The notes under the pieces are model-generated. The model was not told the DNA's origin. It ran no database searches and worked only from the letters and a program-made list of their open reading frames with translations. Source: a candidate division FCPU426 bacterium (GTDB lineage Bacteria; Oederibacteriota; Muellerivitia; Muellerivitales; Muellerivitaceae). Taken from it: DNA of 64,000 nucleotides. Shown one piece after another: positions 27,503-38,206 of this stretch. Where the stretch lies: positions 45,284 through 109,283 of the forward strand of contig CAWHOE010000035.1 of the NCBI GenBank assembly GCA_963830915.1, in the 5' to 3' direction. How positions within the stretch are numbered: position 1 is the stretch's first letter; each line of letters opens with the position of its first letter. A program made the translations under genes and the position numbers.

Positions 27503-28654
27503 TCAAAACGGCTGATATCGAATGGCGTCAGCTATTTTTACCACACGAGCCATGGTTTTAACATCATGAACTCGGACAAAATCGGCCCCTTTCAGGATAG
27601 CGGCCGTCACCGCCGCGGCGGTTCCCTCCACCCTTTCCTCCGGGGGCGCGCCCCCCAGGAGCGTTCCCAGGGTCGATTTACGGGAGGGTCCCAGGAGCAG
27701 AGGCCTGCCCAGGACCTTGAATTCCCATAATCGGCGGGTGAGTTCAAGATTATGCCATGGGGTCTTACCGAATCCAAAACCGGGATCCAGGATGATCCTA
27801 TCCTCATGGATCCCGCATTCTTGGGCGAATCGCAAACGTTCCCTGAAAAAGGATATTATCTCGCCTATCACATCTTGATACCTGGGGTTTTTCTGCATAA
27901 CCCTGGGCCGGCCCTTCATATGCATCAGGACGACCGGAACCTTGAGCCGGGCGAGGGTCTTGCCCATTTGCGGGTCCATCCTAAGGGCCCCGATATCGTT
28001 CACCAACCTGGCGCCCTCTCCCACTGAGGCCTTGGCCGTCTCAGCTTTATAGGTGTCGACGGATAATGGCACCTTCAAGACCTTAACGCATGCCCTTAAG
28101 ACCGGTAGGATTCTTTTTTTCTCATCCTCAACAGGGAGTGCCTTGGCTCCAGGACGGGTGGATTCCCCTCCCACATCGATCCAATCAGCCCCTTCCTGCT
28201 GCATCCGAAGGGCCTGTTCAACAGCGACGGCGGGATCCAGAAATCTGCCTCCATCGGAGAAAGAATCCGGGGTCACATTCAAGATACCCATCACTTGGGT
28301 CTTGTTTGCCCAACGGATCTTCCATCCCTTGCCGGACGAAAGGGTCCAGGAACTGGGCCGAGAATAACCTTTCAACCCTATTTCCATTTGGAGGGCTAAC
28401 CCAGGGAATGAATCTGCGATTTTTTTCGCGAAGGATGTTCCCGCGGAAAGGGTCATCCGCCAGCGGACGGAATGATCCGATCGTAATGAAATTTGGCTGG
28501 CGGTCGCATGGCCAAGAAGAGCGTTTTTGAAATGCGCGCTTTGGGTTTGGGTCGGAAGTAAGGCGGCAAAAAGCAACGGGATGTCAGGGTGACGGTGAAG
28601 ATCGAAAGGATCGGGTTGGAGTATCCTGAAAGAAACTCGGGATTTCCCAGGCAT
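27503..28654 (-). CDS. folP: Dihydropteroate synthase with ~110-aa N-terminal extension
   Basis: MGILNVTPDSFSDGG, GGESTRPG, DPGFGF, SRKS, RVHDV. Confidence 0.95.
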   Translation of the reverse strand: MPGKSRVSFRILQPDPFDLHRHPDIPLLFAALLPTQTQSAHFKNALLGHATASQISLRSDHSVRWRMTLSAGTSFAKKIADSFPGLALQMEIGLKGYSRPSSWTLSSGKGWKIRWANKTQVMGILNVTPDSFSDGGRFLDPAVAVEQALRMQQEGADWIDVGGESTRPGAKALPVEDEKKRILPVLRACVKVLKVPLSVDTYKAETAKASVGEGARLVNDIGALRMDPQMGKTLARLKVPVVLMHMKGRPRVMQKNPRYQDVIGEIISFFRERLRFAQECGIHEDRIILDPGFGFGKTPWHNLELTRRLWEFKVLGRPLLLGPSRKSTLGTLLGGAPPEERVEGTAAAVTAAILKGADFVRVHDVKTMARVVKIADAIRYQPF

Positions 28655-28660
28655 CCAGGC

Positions 28661-29218
28661 TTACCTACCGATCAGATTGAGGGCTTCCATCCTGGTGGCG
28701 ACGCTCTTGGTGAAGATACCCCTGACGGCGGAAGTGGTCATCTTCGCCCCGGGTTTTTTCACTCCCCGCATGGTCATACAAAGATGTTCCGCTTCCACGA
28801 TGACCAGGACCCCATAAGGTTTCAGTATCCTCATGAGCGTATCGGCCACCTGGGTGGTGATCCGCTCTTGAAGTTGGGGACGGCGGGCGATGGCTTCCAC
28901 CACACGGGCGAGCTTGGAAAGCCCCGCCAGCCTGTCCTTTCGGGGCAAGTAAGCGACATGGGCTTTCCCATAAAACGGGAGCAGATGATGTTCGCACATG
29001 GAATAGAAAGGGATGTCCTTGAGGATCACCATTTCCTCATGACCTTCTGTCTCGAAAATGGTGACGATCTCCGAGGCGTTCATCTGCATCCCGGAGAAGA
29101 CTTCCTCGTACATCTTGGCGACCCGTTTGGGGGTCTCTTTCAACCCCTCCCGGTCGGGATTCTCCCCTACCGCTAAAAGGATCTCCCGGACCGCCCGCTC
29201 TATACGCGTTTTATCCAA
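28661..29218 (-). CDS. folE: GTP cyclohydrolase I
   Basis: [31 protein letters not shown]. Confidence 0.98.
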   Translation of the reverse strand: MDKTRIERAVREILLAVGENPDREGLKETPKRVAKMYEEVFSGMQMNASEIVTIFETEGHEEMVILKDIPFYSMCEHHLLPFYGKAHVAYLPRKDRLAGLSKLARVVEAIARRPQLQERITTQVADTLMRILKPYGVLVIVEAEHLCMTMRGVKKPGAKMTTSAVRGIFTKSVATRMEALNLIGR

Positions 29219-31154
29219 TCCGTCCCCCCTTGAAAGCTTGCGAAGGGGCGGTCTGGGGTTTCAAGGAAACTGGAGGTGTCGATTCCGCGGTAGCGGAACC
29301 CGATGGCGTAGTGGGAGAAGGCGGATTCTTGGGAGCTGGCTTCGGCCCCATCTTTTTACCCGCCATGATGGCTTCCACATCCGAGCTATCCAGGATCTCC
29401 CTTTCCAGCAGGGCTTCCGCCATGATCTTCAGGAACTTCTTGTTCTTTTTCAGGATAGAGGTGGCCTTGGCATGGCACTCCTCAATGATCCTTTTGACCT
29501 CGTTGTCGATCATCTGGGCGGTCCGCTCGGAATAATTCTTTTCTTTCATCAGGTCCCGGCCGATGAAGACCATGTCGTCCTTTCGCCCCAGGGTCAAGGT
29601 CCCCAGTTTGGGGCTCATGCCGTATTCACAGACCATCGCTCTGGCGATCTCGGTGGCGCGGTTCAGGTCGTCTCCCGCTCCGGTCGTGACATCGCCAAAG
29701 GTCAATTCTTCCGCGGTCCGCCCTCCCAACAGCGAGGTGATGCGGTTCAAAAGTTCGGTCTTGGAGGCGAGGAATTTTTCTTCTTTGGGCAGATACCAGG
29801 TGGCGCCCAACGCCGCGTGGCCACGAGGGATGATCGAGACCTTATGAACGGAATGGGACTTGTCGATCTTCTTTCCCACGATCGTATGCCCAGACTCATG
29901 GTAAGCCACGATCCTCTTTTCTTCGTCCGAGATGACACGGGTACGGCGTTCCGGCCCGGCCATGACACGGTCAATGGCTTCTTCCAATTCTTCCAGTTCG
30001 ACGGCTTTTTTATTGCGACGCGCCGCCAGCAGCGCGGCTTCGTTGATGAGGTTGGCCAGGTCCGCCCCGGAAAACCCGGGGGTCCGGCGAGCGATGATGG
30101 CTAGATCCACACCCTCGGCCAATTTGATCACCTTCGCGTGCACCTTGAGGATGGCTTCCCTTCCGCCTAGATCAGGACGGTCCACCACGATCTGTCTGTC
30201 GAAACGGCCCGGTCTCAACAATGCCGGATCCAGAACATCCATCCGGTTGGTAGCGGCAAAAAGGATGACGTTGCTATTGGTATTGAATCCATCCATTTCG
30301 ACCAAGAGGGCGTTCAGGGTTTGTTCCCGCTCATCGTGTCCGCCGCCTAATCCAGCTCCCCTTTGACGGCCGACCGCGTCGATCTCATCGATGAAAATAA
30401 TGCAGGGAGAATTCTTTTTTCCTTGCTCGAAAAGGTCCCGGACGCGGGCCGCGCCGACACCAACGAACATCTCCACGAAATCCGAACCAGAGATCGAGAA
30501 GAATGGCACTCCCGCCTCACCCGCCACCGCTTTGGCTAACAGGGTCTTCCCGGTCCCAGGAGGGCCAAGCAGAATGACGCCCTTCGGGATCTTTCCCCCC
30601 AACTGTTGGTATTTCTTGGGGTCTTTCAGATAATCGACGACTTCCATGAGTTCGGTCTTGGCCTCGTCCACGCCTGCCACATCGGCGAAAGTGATCTTTT
30701 GCTGGCCAACGGTCATTAATCTGGCTCGGCTTTTGCCGAAAGCCATGGCGCCACCACCTCCCCCTTGGTTCTGGCGCATCATGAAAATGAAAAATCCGAC
30801 GAATACCAATACTGGCCCAAAATTAATGAATATCTGCCAGAGGCTGCTAGGCCTTTTGGGTGGATCGGTCGAAAAATCGACCTTATTGTCCAACAACATC
30901 TTGGTCAGGTTCAGGTTCGGGTCATCGGGTTGGACAACGGAAAAGTCCACATTGCCCTTTGTTTTTCCCAGGATCATCCTGTCATCGGGCTGGACGGTGA
31001 CTTTTTGGACCGTTCCATCCACGACCCCAGCGACGAACTTCGAGTAATCCCAATTCTCGACCTTATTGTTCGGGGCCTTTAATTGTTGGGCAAAGAACAT
31101 GATGATCACAAAGATAAGAAGCCAACCAGCCAAGATTTTAAATGTTTGGTTCAA
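29211..31154 (-). CDS. ftsH: ATP-dependent zinc metalloprotease FtsH
   Basis: Two TMs, [26 protein letters not shown]. Confidence 0.99.
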   Translation of the reverse strand: MNQTFKILAGWLLIFVIIMFFAQQLKAPNNKVENWDYSKFVAGVVDGTVQKVTVQPDDRMILGKTKGNVDFSVVQPDDPNLNLTKMLLDNKVDFSTDPPKRPSSLWQIFINFGPVLVFVGFFIFMMRQNQGGGGGAMAFGKSRARLMTVGQQKITFADVAGVDEAKTELMEVVDYLKDPKKYQQLGGKIPKGVILLGPPGTGKTLLAKAVAGEAGVPFFSISGSDFVEMFVGVGAARVRDLFEQGKKNSPCIIFIDEIDAVGRQRGAGLGGGHDEREQTLNALLVEMDGFNTNSNVILFAATNRMDVLDPALLRPGRFDRQIVVDRPDLGGREAILKVHAKVIKLAEGVDLAIIARRTPGFSGADLANLINEAALLAARRNKKAVELEELEEAIDRVMAGPERRTRVISDEEKRIVAYHESGHTIVGKKIDKSHSVHKVSIIPRGHAALGATWYLPKEEKFLASKTELLNRITSLLGGRTAEELTFGDVTTGAGDDLNRATEIARAMVCEYGMSPKLGTLTLGRKDDMVFIGRDLMKEKNYSERTAQMIDNEVKRIIEECHAKATSILKKNKKFLKIMAEALLEREILDSSDVEAIMAGKKMGPKPAPKNPPSPTTPSGSATAESTPPVSLKPQTAPSQAFKGGRIG

Positions 31155-31231
31155 AAAGAACTCCTAGTGCTCAAGATCGCTCCGCTTGTGCCATTAACCT
31201 AAGAAAGGTTCTCGAGGGAAGCAAGGCTGGT

Positions 31232-31261
31232 ATCATAGCTGATATAGTTTTCTCAATGCAA
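31232..31261 (-). promoter_or_regulatory. Possible sigma70 promoter of ftsH operon
   Basis: TTGCAT-18 nt-TATGAT on minus strand. Confidence 0.5.
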
Positions 31262-31343
31262 GCAAGGGGAAATACAGGGATTTTCGACGTCCATTCCTTT
31301 GAAAAAACCTTCTTATGTTCCGAATAATCAGGACAAGGCTCCT

Positions 31344-32342
31344 TCAACGGCTTAAAAACATGAGGATACGACCACCCTTTTGGTTAGCCGACAGTCCGAA
31401 TCCAATATCGCGGGGACCCCTTTCCTTTCCTTCCCAAATCCGAATAACTTCCTCGATCCTTTCGAATGAAAGACCCCTGGCATTGGGGTTGAGTTTTTCT
31501 GCCGCCTCTCGGACGAATCTACGTTTTAGAGCCAGTGGGAATTTCCCGAATGGAACGGACAGTGCTTGAAACTTCCCTTTGACCCACTTGGCTTGGATCT
31601 TGGGCCCCATGGGGGCCACCATACTTTCCAATAAACGATCTTCCTCAGAGATGATCTCGCCAACGCGGGCTAAAACTCCCCGGATTCTTGGATTCCACTT
31701 CGTCAAATAAGGAAGCAATCGATTACGGATCCGGTTACGACGATAACCATCCTCCCCATTCGACCGATCCTCCCGCCAGAAGAAAGAACTTTCCTTTAAA
31801 TAAGTTCGAAATGTATTCTTTTCATAAGAAAGCAGGGGACGCCAGACCCTCAAGGGCTTGCTTTGCCCCGGGAACCATAATGTTTGTATTGGCCTTAACC
31901 CAGAAAGTCCCCGGGCGCCCGCGCCCCTTAACAACCTGTCCAGCACCGTCTCCGCCTGGTCTTCTTGGTGATGGGCGACCGCTACACCCCAAGCCTTTTC
32001 CCGATGAGCGATTTTGGCGAAAAAGGAATATCGGATCTCACGAGCAAGATCCTGCAAGGAACGCTTTTCCCGGCCTACACGCGCCTTGAAAGATTTAACC
32101 CTTAAAATACGGCAAGACAAGCCTAACTTTTCACAGGTTTCGCGGACCAACCGCTCGTCATTTTGGGAATCCCGACCCCTCAAACCATAATTCACGTGGG
32201 CGACGATCATACGTTCTTTGGGTTGTGGATAATAATCGTAAAGGAGTTTTAAAAGGGCCATTGAATCGACCCCTCCTGATATCCCGATGATCAATTTGGA
32301 TCGTCTCGGGAAAGGAACTTGAGGAAGGATCATTTGTTTCAT
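31344..32342 (-). CDS. tilS: tRNA(Ile)-lysidine synthetase (short form)
   Basis: SGGVDS PP-loop, AREIRY, AHHQEDQAET, RPLL, RNRIR; upstream of ftsH. Confidence 0.93.
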   Translation of the reverse strand: MKQMILPQVPFPRRSKLIIGISGGVDSMALLKLLYDYYPQPKERMIVAHVNYGLRGRDSQNDERLVRETCEKLGLSCRILRVKSFKARVGREKRSLQDLAREIRYSFFAKIAHREKAWGVAVAHHQEDQAETVLDRLLRGAGARGLSGLRPIQTLWFPGQSKPLRVWRPLLSYEKNTFRTYLKESSFFWREDRSNGEDGYRRNRIRNRLLPYLTKWNPRIRGVLARVGEIISEEDRLLESMVAPMGPKIQAKWVKGKFQALSVPFGKFPLALKRRFVREAAEKLNPNARGLSFERIEEVIRIWEGKERGPRDIGFGLSANQKGGRILMFLSR

Positions 32343-32371
32343 CGTAATTTTCTTTTATTTAAAGGAAAAAA

Positions 32372-32448
32372 TGGTAGCGGGGGGCGGAATCGAACCGCCG
32401 ACACTTCGGGTATGAGCCGAATGCTCTAACCAGCTGAGCTACCCCGCC
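32372..32448 (-). tRNA. tRNA-Met(CAT), elongator type
   Basis: GGCGGGGTAGCTCAGCTGGTTAGAGCATTCGGCTCATACCCGAAGTGTCGGCGGTTCGATTCCGCCCCCCGCTACCA; cloverleaf, encoded CCA. Confidence 0.92.
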
Positions 32449-32581
32449 ATCGGGTTGGTAAAGACTCGACCAGAGGGAACCTTTAGGGTGGCGAAAACAA
32501 CTTCCAGAAAGGCGTTCTCCGGACCTAATAAAAGACCGTTTCCCCTATTCCAGAAATCGGGTAAAAACGGGCAGGCCAGTG

Positions 32582-32610
32582 AATATGCCAATCTTCTTCC
32601 TGCTTGTCAA
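32582..32610 (-). promoter_or_regulatory. Sigma70 promoter of tRNA-Met/tilS
   Basis: TTGACA-17 nt-CATATT with TG extension. Confidence 0.65.
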
Positions 32611-32623
32611 TTGTCTTGGGATG

Positions 32624-33057
32624 TTACTTATTCTTTTGTTTTCGCTCGAAATAGGATTTTTTCAATTCCTGGGCGATCACCGGGTTTTTCATCAATATTT
32701 TGTCGAAGTCGTATCGTTGAAGGATGAAAAGTTCCGTGACATCCTCAGCCACGATCGTGGCATTACGGGGTTCATTGGATATAAGAGCCATTTCACCGAA
32801 AAAGTCATCCTGCAACAAATCGGCAACTTTTACCTTTTTGAATCCCTTTTTCATCCAAACCGATACTTTTCCGGAAGCGATCAAGTAAAAAGCGTCTCCA
32901 GGATCCCCTTGTTTGATGATCTCATAACCCTTTTGGACACGGATCATTCGAAGATGACCTATCAATTCATCCAATTCATTCATTTTTAAGGATTGGAAAA
33001 AATAAGTGTTCTGAAGAACGTGTCGAAACGGCTGAAGATGGAAGCGTTATCGGTCAT
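32624..33057 (-). CDS. Stand-alone cyclic-nucleotide-binding domain protein; apparent 1-bp frameshift near 33040
   Basis: IIKQGDPGDAFYLIASG, FFGEMAL, PRNATI; GGAG+ATG at 33057 is out of frame with the domain ORF. Confidence 0.8.
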
Positions 33058-33177
33058 AGTTCACTCCAAAAAACGTAATCCATCAAAAACAATGAGATAA
33101 GTATATCGCCAAAAGGAACGACTTAAAAGACCAAAAGGGTCCGTTTCTCGCCCCCAAGGTGCCTATCTAATTGACCT

Positions 33178-34056
33178 TCAGTGATCCAATAAACCCTTGT
33201 CTCGGAGATTTCCCATAACCGCTTTGACGGAATGACTTTTGTTCATGGCGTAAAAATGGATGCCAGGCGCGCCATTTTTTAGAAGTTCCTCACACTGGCG
33301 GGTAGCATAGTCGATCCCTTTTTGGATCACTTTTTCTTTGTCATCTTTAAAGGGTTTCAATTCTTCAACTAATCTTGATGGTATCCTCGCTCCCAGACTA
33401 CCCGTTTTTTCGATCTGGGCAAAATCGGTCAAAAGCCATATGCCGGGTTGGATCGGAGCTTGGATACCCATTGCCCTTGTTCTCTTCACATATTCAAAAT
33501 AATCTTGATTCTCAAAAAAAAGCTGGGTAACGATGAATTGACCGCCAACCTCGACTTTACGTTTCAAGTTCAATAAGTCCCTATCCAATCCTCCCGCTTC
33601 CGGATGGCCTTCAGGATACCCCGCCACGCCAAGACTAAAATCATAAGCGTGGGAGCGGATAAATTGGATCAATTCGCTCGCGTATCGAAAACCATCTCGC
33701 GGAGGAACGAATGTAGTTTGGCCTTTAGGTGGGTCGCCGCGCAATGCCAGCAAATTCTCGATACCAGCCTCTTTGACACGATCTAAAATCGTCTTGATCT
33801 CTTCCCGGGAATGATCCAAACAGGTGAAATGCATCAAGGGAAGGATGCCCGTTGATTTCAAGCGGACCGCGATCTCAAAGGTCATGTCCCGGCTGGTTCC
33901 ACCCGCCCCGTAAGTAATGGAGATATAATCCGGGTTTAAACCTTTCAATTCATCGACCGTTTGAAATAATTTCTCTAAATTTCCATCCCGTTTGGGAGCG
34001 AATATCTCGAAAGAAATGACTTTTTTCTTTTGGGCGAAGATTTGGTGGATTTTCAC
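33178..34056 (-). CDS. metF: 5,10-methylenetetrahydrofolate reductase
   Basis: SFEIF, ITYGAGG, HFTC, LALRGDPP, AGYPEGH, TQLFF, HFY. Confidence 0.96.
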   Translation of the reverse strand: MKIHQIFAQKKKVISFEIFAPKRDGNLEKLFQTVDELKGLNPDYISITYGAGGTSRDMTFEIAVRLKSTGILPLMHFTCLDHSREEIKTILDRVKEAGIENLLALRGDPPKGQTTFVPPRDGFRYASELIQFIRSHAYDFSLGVAGYPEGHPEAGGLDRDLLNLKRKVEVGGQFIVTQLFFENQDYFEYVKRTRAMGIQAPIQPGIWLLTDFAQIEKTGSLGARIPSRLVEELKPFKDDKEKVIQKGIDYATRQCEELLKNGAPGIHFYAMNKSHSVKAVMGNLRDKGLLDH

Positions 34057-36380
34057 GAAAACACTTTCCGTTTGATTTTATAAAAGCTGAGTTGGAAGAG
34101 TAGTATAACAATATAAACGCCCCAAGAAAGAAGCGAAACCCATTTCCCTATCACAAACGCCGTCGGTAGGTAGGTCAAGATGAAATGATGTTTCCCCGCG
34201 CTTAAAGGGATAGCCCTAAGAAAATAATCCCCCGGAACCACCTGATAATTCTTTTGGCTGCTATCGGGGAAAGGTAGGACCTTCCATCCCGGACTGAAAT
34301 TATCAGAGACCAATAAAATAGCGGCCTTGGGAATATCCACCCATATTTCCATTTCATTCGTCGAAAGGTCCTTGTATCTCGTTTCTCCCTTGATCTTTCC
34401 TGGATCGGGAAAGGGTTGGGGCTGCTTTTCCAAAAGGACTTTTTGATGAAAATCGAAGGATGGATCGAACAATCGATCCAAACTATCCGCGGGTTCACCT
34501 ATCGTTTCCCACTGGTTAAACAAAGTTAAACGGTCTAAACAACGATAGTTTGTTGGATGAATCCTGATTGGATCCTCATTTTCAGTGATAAGGTACTTCA
34601 AACGAACCAAGCCCAAAATACTGGTGAATTTTTTATATAAAGGCATAACCGAATAGAGTTGATGTTCGTTGATCCCCTGGCTACGACAAGCGAACCTAGC
34701 ATAGCGGGAAAGCACCATTGGTTCGTCCTCCCAAATGTCATAACCTCCAACCGTCATGGAGTCACTGTTGGTTCCCCACACCCGATAATCCCCCGGATTT
34801 ACCGAATAAAAATTCCCCAGAGCGTCCTTTTTTTGCTGCCAATCGGCAAAATGAAAAGTCGGTCGATTAAGACTGGCAAATATAAAAAGTTCCAATAAAC
34901 ATAAAACCGCTACAAACCCTACAGCCTTTTGGCTATATTTCCGGAAGGCAAGAAAGATGGCTAATAGAAAAGCGGTCGCTGCTCCTAAGAAAAGACTTAA
35001 GGATGCGTTCAAGCCCTCCGCTTTGATGAATTTTTCCTTTTGCTGGATTTCCATACTGGAAATATCTTTTTGAAGCCAGTAGACCGATGAAATCAAGGAA
35101 TTCCAGGCTCCTGACAAACCCTTTTGGGCAGATAAAAGAATAGTCAAGCCTAAGATAAGCAATATTATTCCCAAAAGAACCGTCGAAAAAGTTAACCACT
35201 TTAAACGCGACCCGTTTTTCAACAAATGATCCAAACCCATACTAGAAAGAACGGAAAGGAACAAACAAAAAAATATATTGAATTTACAAATACCTCTCAT
35301 CGCATCGAAACCCGGAATAAAAGTGTATAAAAAATGAAAAACCGGTGTATAGGCGCCCATGGAAAGGATTAAGGCAATGACTCCGGTCGTGAGTTCCCAA
35401 TGTCGTTCATTTCTTTTTATTACAACAAGAGCGTAAAAAGCCAAGACAAAAGCTGTTACCCCAGAATAAATCGAGACTTCCCATAAAAACCAGCGTCCCC
35501 AATAATGAATTCCCCTTAAGTTCCCGAAAAATTCGGGCAAGACTAAAGTCAATATATTTTCCGGAGGAAAAGAAAAAGATGCCGCCACTCTATATTCGAG
35601 CGAAAGGTTCCGTGCGCTTTCGGAAGAGGCTTGCAGACCTGTCCACAACTGGGCAGCTGTCAGAAGACTGGCTCCTCCATAAATGATCAACAACCCCAAT
35701 AACGCCGTCCACAAATGCTTTTTTCGAGTGGCGTTCAATAAAACATAAACAACCGCCATAATAGCTGTATAAAAAACATACTGAGGATTACCCGACAATA
35801 TCTGCATCGAGACCGCGAATAGCCCCAATAGGATCCATTTCAACGACAAGGATTCCAGAATGGTATCTAAAACCAAGAATATGAGAGGTATCCACGCGAT
35901 GGCGCAAAGATTTGGTAAATGACCTGCATAAACATGAAGGAAGTGAGGGCCAGAGAACATGAAAATGCACCCGGCTAGAAAACCAGCCATAGGGTCTAAT
36001 CCCCGACGTATCACCCAAACATAGGTGAATAACCCCGCCAAAAAAAGATGAGAGACAATCCCGATATTGATCGCCAAATTAATTGGAAGGAACAGATAGA
36101 CCCAGTTCAGGGGATATAAAATGGCCGATTCAAACCCACCTAAAAAAGGTGTCCCGCAAAGATAAAAGGGATTCCAAAGAGCAAGATGGCCCTGTTTCAA
36201 TTGGTCGAAAGCGAATTTTCGCCAAGAAACAAAATGTAAATAAAGATCTGTATTTTGGCTTGAAAGAACAAGGTCCTTCCCGCTGAACAAGACATCGCCG
36301 AAAAGAACAAGATTTAACAAAAGCAGGCCAAATATCCAAAGGAAATGGGAAGGTTTTGCCAAGGTGGGCTCGCGACTCAT
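34053..36380 (-). CDS. YfhO-like polytopic membrane protein (putative GT-C glycosyltransferase)
   Basis: ALWNPFYLCGTPF N-terminal loop, many TMs, C-terminal LLVSDNFSPGWK...RAIPLSAGKH. Confidence 0.8.
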   Translation of the reverse strand: MSREPTLAKPSHFLWIFGLLLLNLVLFGDVLFSGKDLVLSSQNTDLYLHFVSWRKFAFDQLKQGHLALWNPFYLCGTPFLGGFESAILYPLNWVYLFLPINLAINIGIVSHLFLAGLFTYVWVIRRGLDPMAGFLAGCIFMFSGPHFLHVYAGHLPNLCAIAWIPLIFLVLDTILESLSLKWILLGLFAVSMQILSGNPQYVFYTAIMAVVYVLLNATRKKHLWTALLGLLIIYGGASLLTAAQLWTGLQASSESARNLSLEYRVAASFSFPPENILTLVLPEFFGNLRGIHYWGRWFLWEVSIYSGVTAFVLAFYALVVIKRNERHWELTTGVIALILSMGAYTPVFHFLYTFIPGFDAMRGICKFNIFFCLFLSVLSSMGLDHLLKNGSRLKWLTFSTVLLGIILLILGLTILLSAQKGLSGAWNSLISSVYWLQKDISSMEIQQKEKFIKAEGLNASLSLFLGAATAFLLAIFLAFRKYSQKAVGFVAVLCLLELFIFASLNRPTFHFADWQQKKDALGNFYSVNPGDYRVWGTNSDSMTVGGYDIWEDEPMVLSRYARFACRSQGINEHQLYSVMPLYKKFTSILGLVRLKYLITENEDPIRIHPTNYRCLDRLTLFNQWETIGEPADSLDRLFDPSFDFHQKVLLEKQPQPFPDPGKIKGETRYKDLSTNEMEIWVDIPKAAILLVSDNFSPGWKVLPFPDSSQKNYQVVPGDYFLRAIPLSAGKHHFILTYLPTAFVIGKWVSLLSWGVYIVILLFQLSFYKIKRKVFS

Positions 36381-36537
36381 GAAGCCATGGAAACAAATAC
36401 AAAGTTGGGCGTCAATAGGATTTTTCGTATTGTTTTAGTCTTCCTAGAGTTTTTAGGCCATATCTATGGCAAAATAATTCCAGACCCCGGCCGATTGATC
36501 GATCAAATCCTTTTTGAAGCAAGGAGTTTTACCCAAT

Positions 36538-37431
36538 ATGAAGGACCATATTGTTCTTACCGGTCTAAAGATCAAGTGCATCATTGGGATCTTTGACTGG
36601 GAAAGGAAAACCAAACAAGACGTGGTGATCGATCTGAAATTCCCCTGTGATATCCGAAAAGCTGCCCTCAAGGACAACATCGTCGATACAAAGGATTACA
36701 AAAAAATAGCCAAAACAGCCATCGCATTTGTTGAAAAAAGCAGTTATCAATTAATAGAAACCCTGGCTGAAAAACTAGCCGACCTCTTGCTCCACCAATT
36801 CGGTTTAGCGGAAATTGAGCTAAGTGTCTCCAAACCAGGCGCTGTCCGAGGATCACAAAATGTCGGGATTCACATCCACCGTTCATTATCTGGATCGAAT
36901 TTTGATGACCTTACATTCCTAAGTCTCGGGTCTAATATCCACCCCGAACTTCATTTATACCGTGCGTTAAATAGCATCGATGAGAAACATCCCATAAAAG
37001 GCCTATCCCACGTTTATGAAACTTCACCCATAGGTTTCAAAAGGCAGCCTTTCTTTTGGAACTTGGTCGTGGTTTTTAATGGGCAAGGGGAGACTTTCGG
37101 TCAATTGATGAGTTGGATTAATAGTTTGGAAAAAAAAGAGGGACGTATTCGCGCCAAGAACGCCCTTGGTCCAAGGACGCTGGACATTGATTTGATACTA
37201 AAGGGTCGCTTGGTAAAAAAACAGGGTAAACCCCAGGTACCTCATCCAGATATCGAGAAAAAGGCGTTCGTTCTCTTTCCCATCTTGGAGGTCTCACCTA
37301 ATTTGATCCATCCCGTGAGTGGAAAAACCATGATTGAAATCGCGGCGGGATTTGACAATAAAGGCCAGAACATCAAAAAGCTTCCACATGACACTTTCCC
37401 AGGTTTTTATCCAAAGTCCTTGCTCAGATAA
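36538..37431 (+). CDS. folB-folK: Bifunctional dihydroneopterin aldolase/HPPK (FolB-FolK fusion)
   Basis: IGIFDWER, DY, LIETLAE, KPGA (FolB); SLGSNI, YETSP, PRTLDIDLI, PHP (FolK); ATG 36538 after AAGGAG. Confidence 0.92.
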   Translation: MKDHIVLTGLKIKCIIGIFDWERKTKQDVVIDLKFPCDIRKAALKDNIVDTKDYKKIAKTAIAFVEKSSYQLIETLAEKLADLLLHQFGLAEIELSVSKPGAVRGSQNVGIHIHRSLSGSNFDDLTFLSLGSNIHPELHLYRALNSIDEKHPIKGLSHVYETSPIGFKRQPFFWNLVVVFNGQGETFGQLMSWINSLEKKEGRIRAKNALGPRTLDIDLILKGRLVKKQGKPQVPHPDIEKKAFVLFPILEVSPNLIHPVSGKTMIEIAAGFDNKGQNIKKLPHDTFPGFYPKSLLR

Positions 37432-38167
37432 AACGACCCCCATCCACTCTCAATATTTGGCCGGTCATATAATGATCAGACGCTAAGAAAATAACCGTGT
37501 TCGCGATATCTTCCGGGCTTCCGGGCCTTTTCAACAAAGTCCTTTCCATAAGTTTCCTTTTTCGGGCTGGGCTGTAGGATGTTGGAAAGGAAATGATTCC
37601 AGGCGCGATGCCGTTGACTCTAACTTTCGGGCTTAATTCCATGGCCATATATTTCGTAAACGAGATCAGAGCCGATTTGGAAACACAATAAGCGGAAAAG
37701 TTATTCAATATCGGGGATTCACCATAGATGTCCACCATATTGATGATACAACCTTTTGTTTTTTTCAAATAATTGCCAGCCATTGAACAAAGAAAAGCTG
37801 GCGAGATCAGATTGACATTAAGGGTTTCCGTCCAGTCTTTAATCAGAAAATCCTTTGAGAGGGTGGGCTTGAAAACAGATGCATTGTTCACGAGCAAGTC
37901 TAATCGTCCCCACTTTTCAACTGTCTTTTTAATCACTCCTGTTGACTGAACCGGCTTTCTTAAATCCGCACGGACACCAATAATTTCGTACCCTGAATTT
38001 TCCAGTTCTTTTATAAAACCCTTCGTTCTTGACACCGACTGGTGGTATTGAAGAATGAGTCTCATTCCCCGAGCGGCCAATTTGAGGCTAATGGCTTTTC
38101 CAATTGGACTACTGCCACCCGTGATAAGGGCCACTGGGGTTTTTTTATTTTTGATTTCATTACTCAT
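37424..38167 (-). CDS. Short-chain dehydrogenase, pteridine reductase (FolM/PTR1)-like
   Basis: TGGSSPIG, NNAS, NMVD, YxxSK, VDGG; Asp in place of catalytic Ser as in pteridine reductases; adjacent to folB-folK. Confidence 0.75.
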   Translation of the reverse strand: MSNEIKNKKTPVALITGGSSPIGKAISLKLAARGMRLILQYHQSVSRTKGFIKELENSGYEIIGVRADLRKPVQSTGVIKKTVEKWGRLDLLVNNASVFKPTLSKDFLIKDWTETLNVNLISPAFLCSMAGNYLKKTKGCIINMVDIYGESPILNNFSAYCVSKSALISFTKYMAMELSPKVRVNGIAPGIISFPTSYSPARKRKLMERTLLKRPGSPEDIANTVIFLASDHYMTGQILRVDGGRFI

Positions 38168-38206
38168 GTTTACATCCTATCAAGGGGTCATCGAAAACGA
38201 TATTAC

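Noticed and set aside
32372..32448. tRNA-Ile2(CAT) beside its modifying enzyme tilS
   Set aside because: Acceptor stem GGCGG with G1-U72 and loop CUCAUAC resemble elongator tRNA-Met; lacks the C4/C5 pattern of Ile2. A tRNAscan-SE isotype model would settle it
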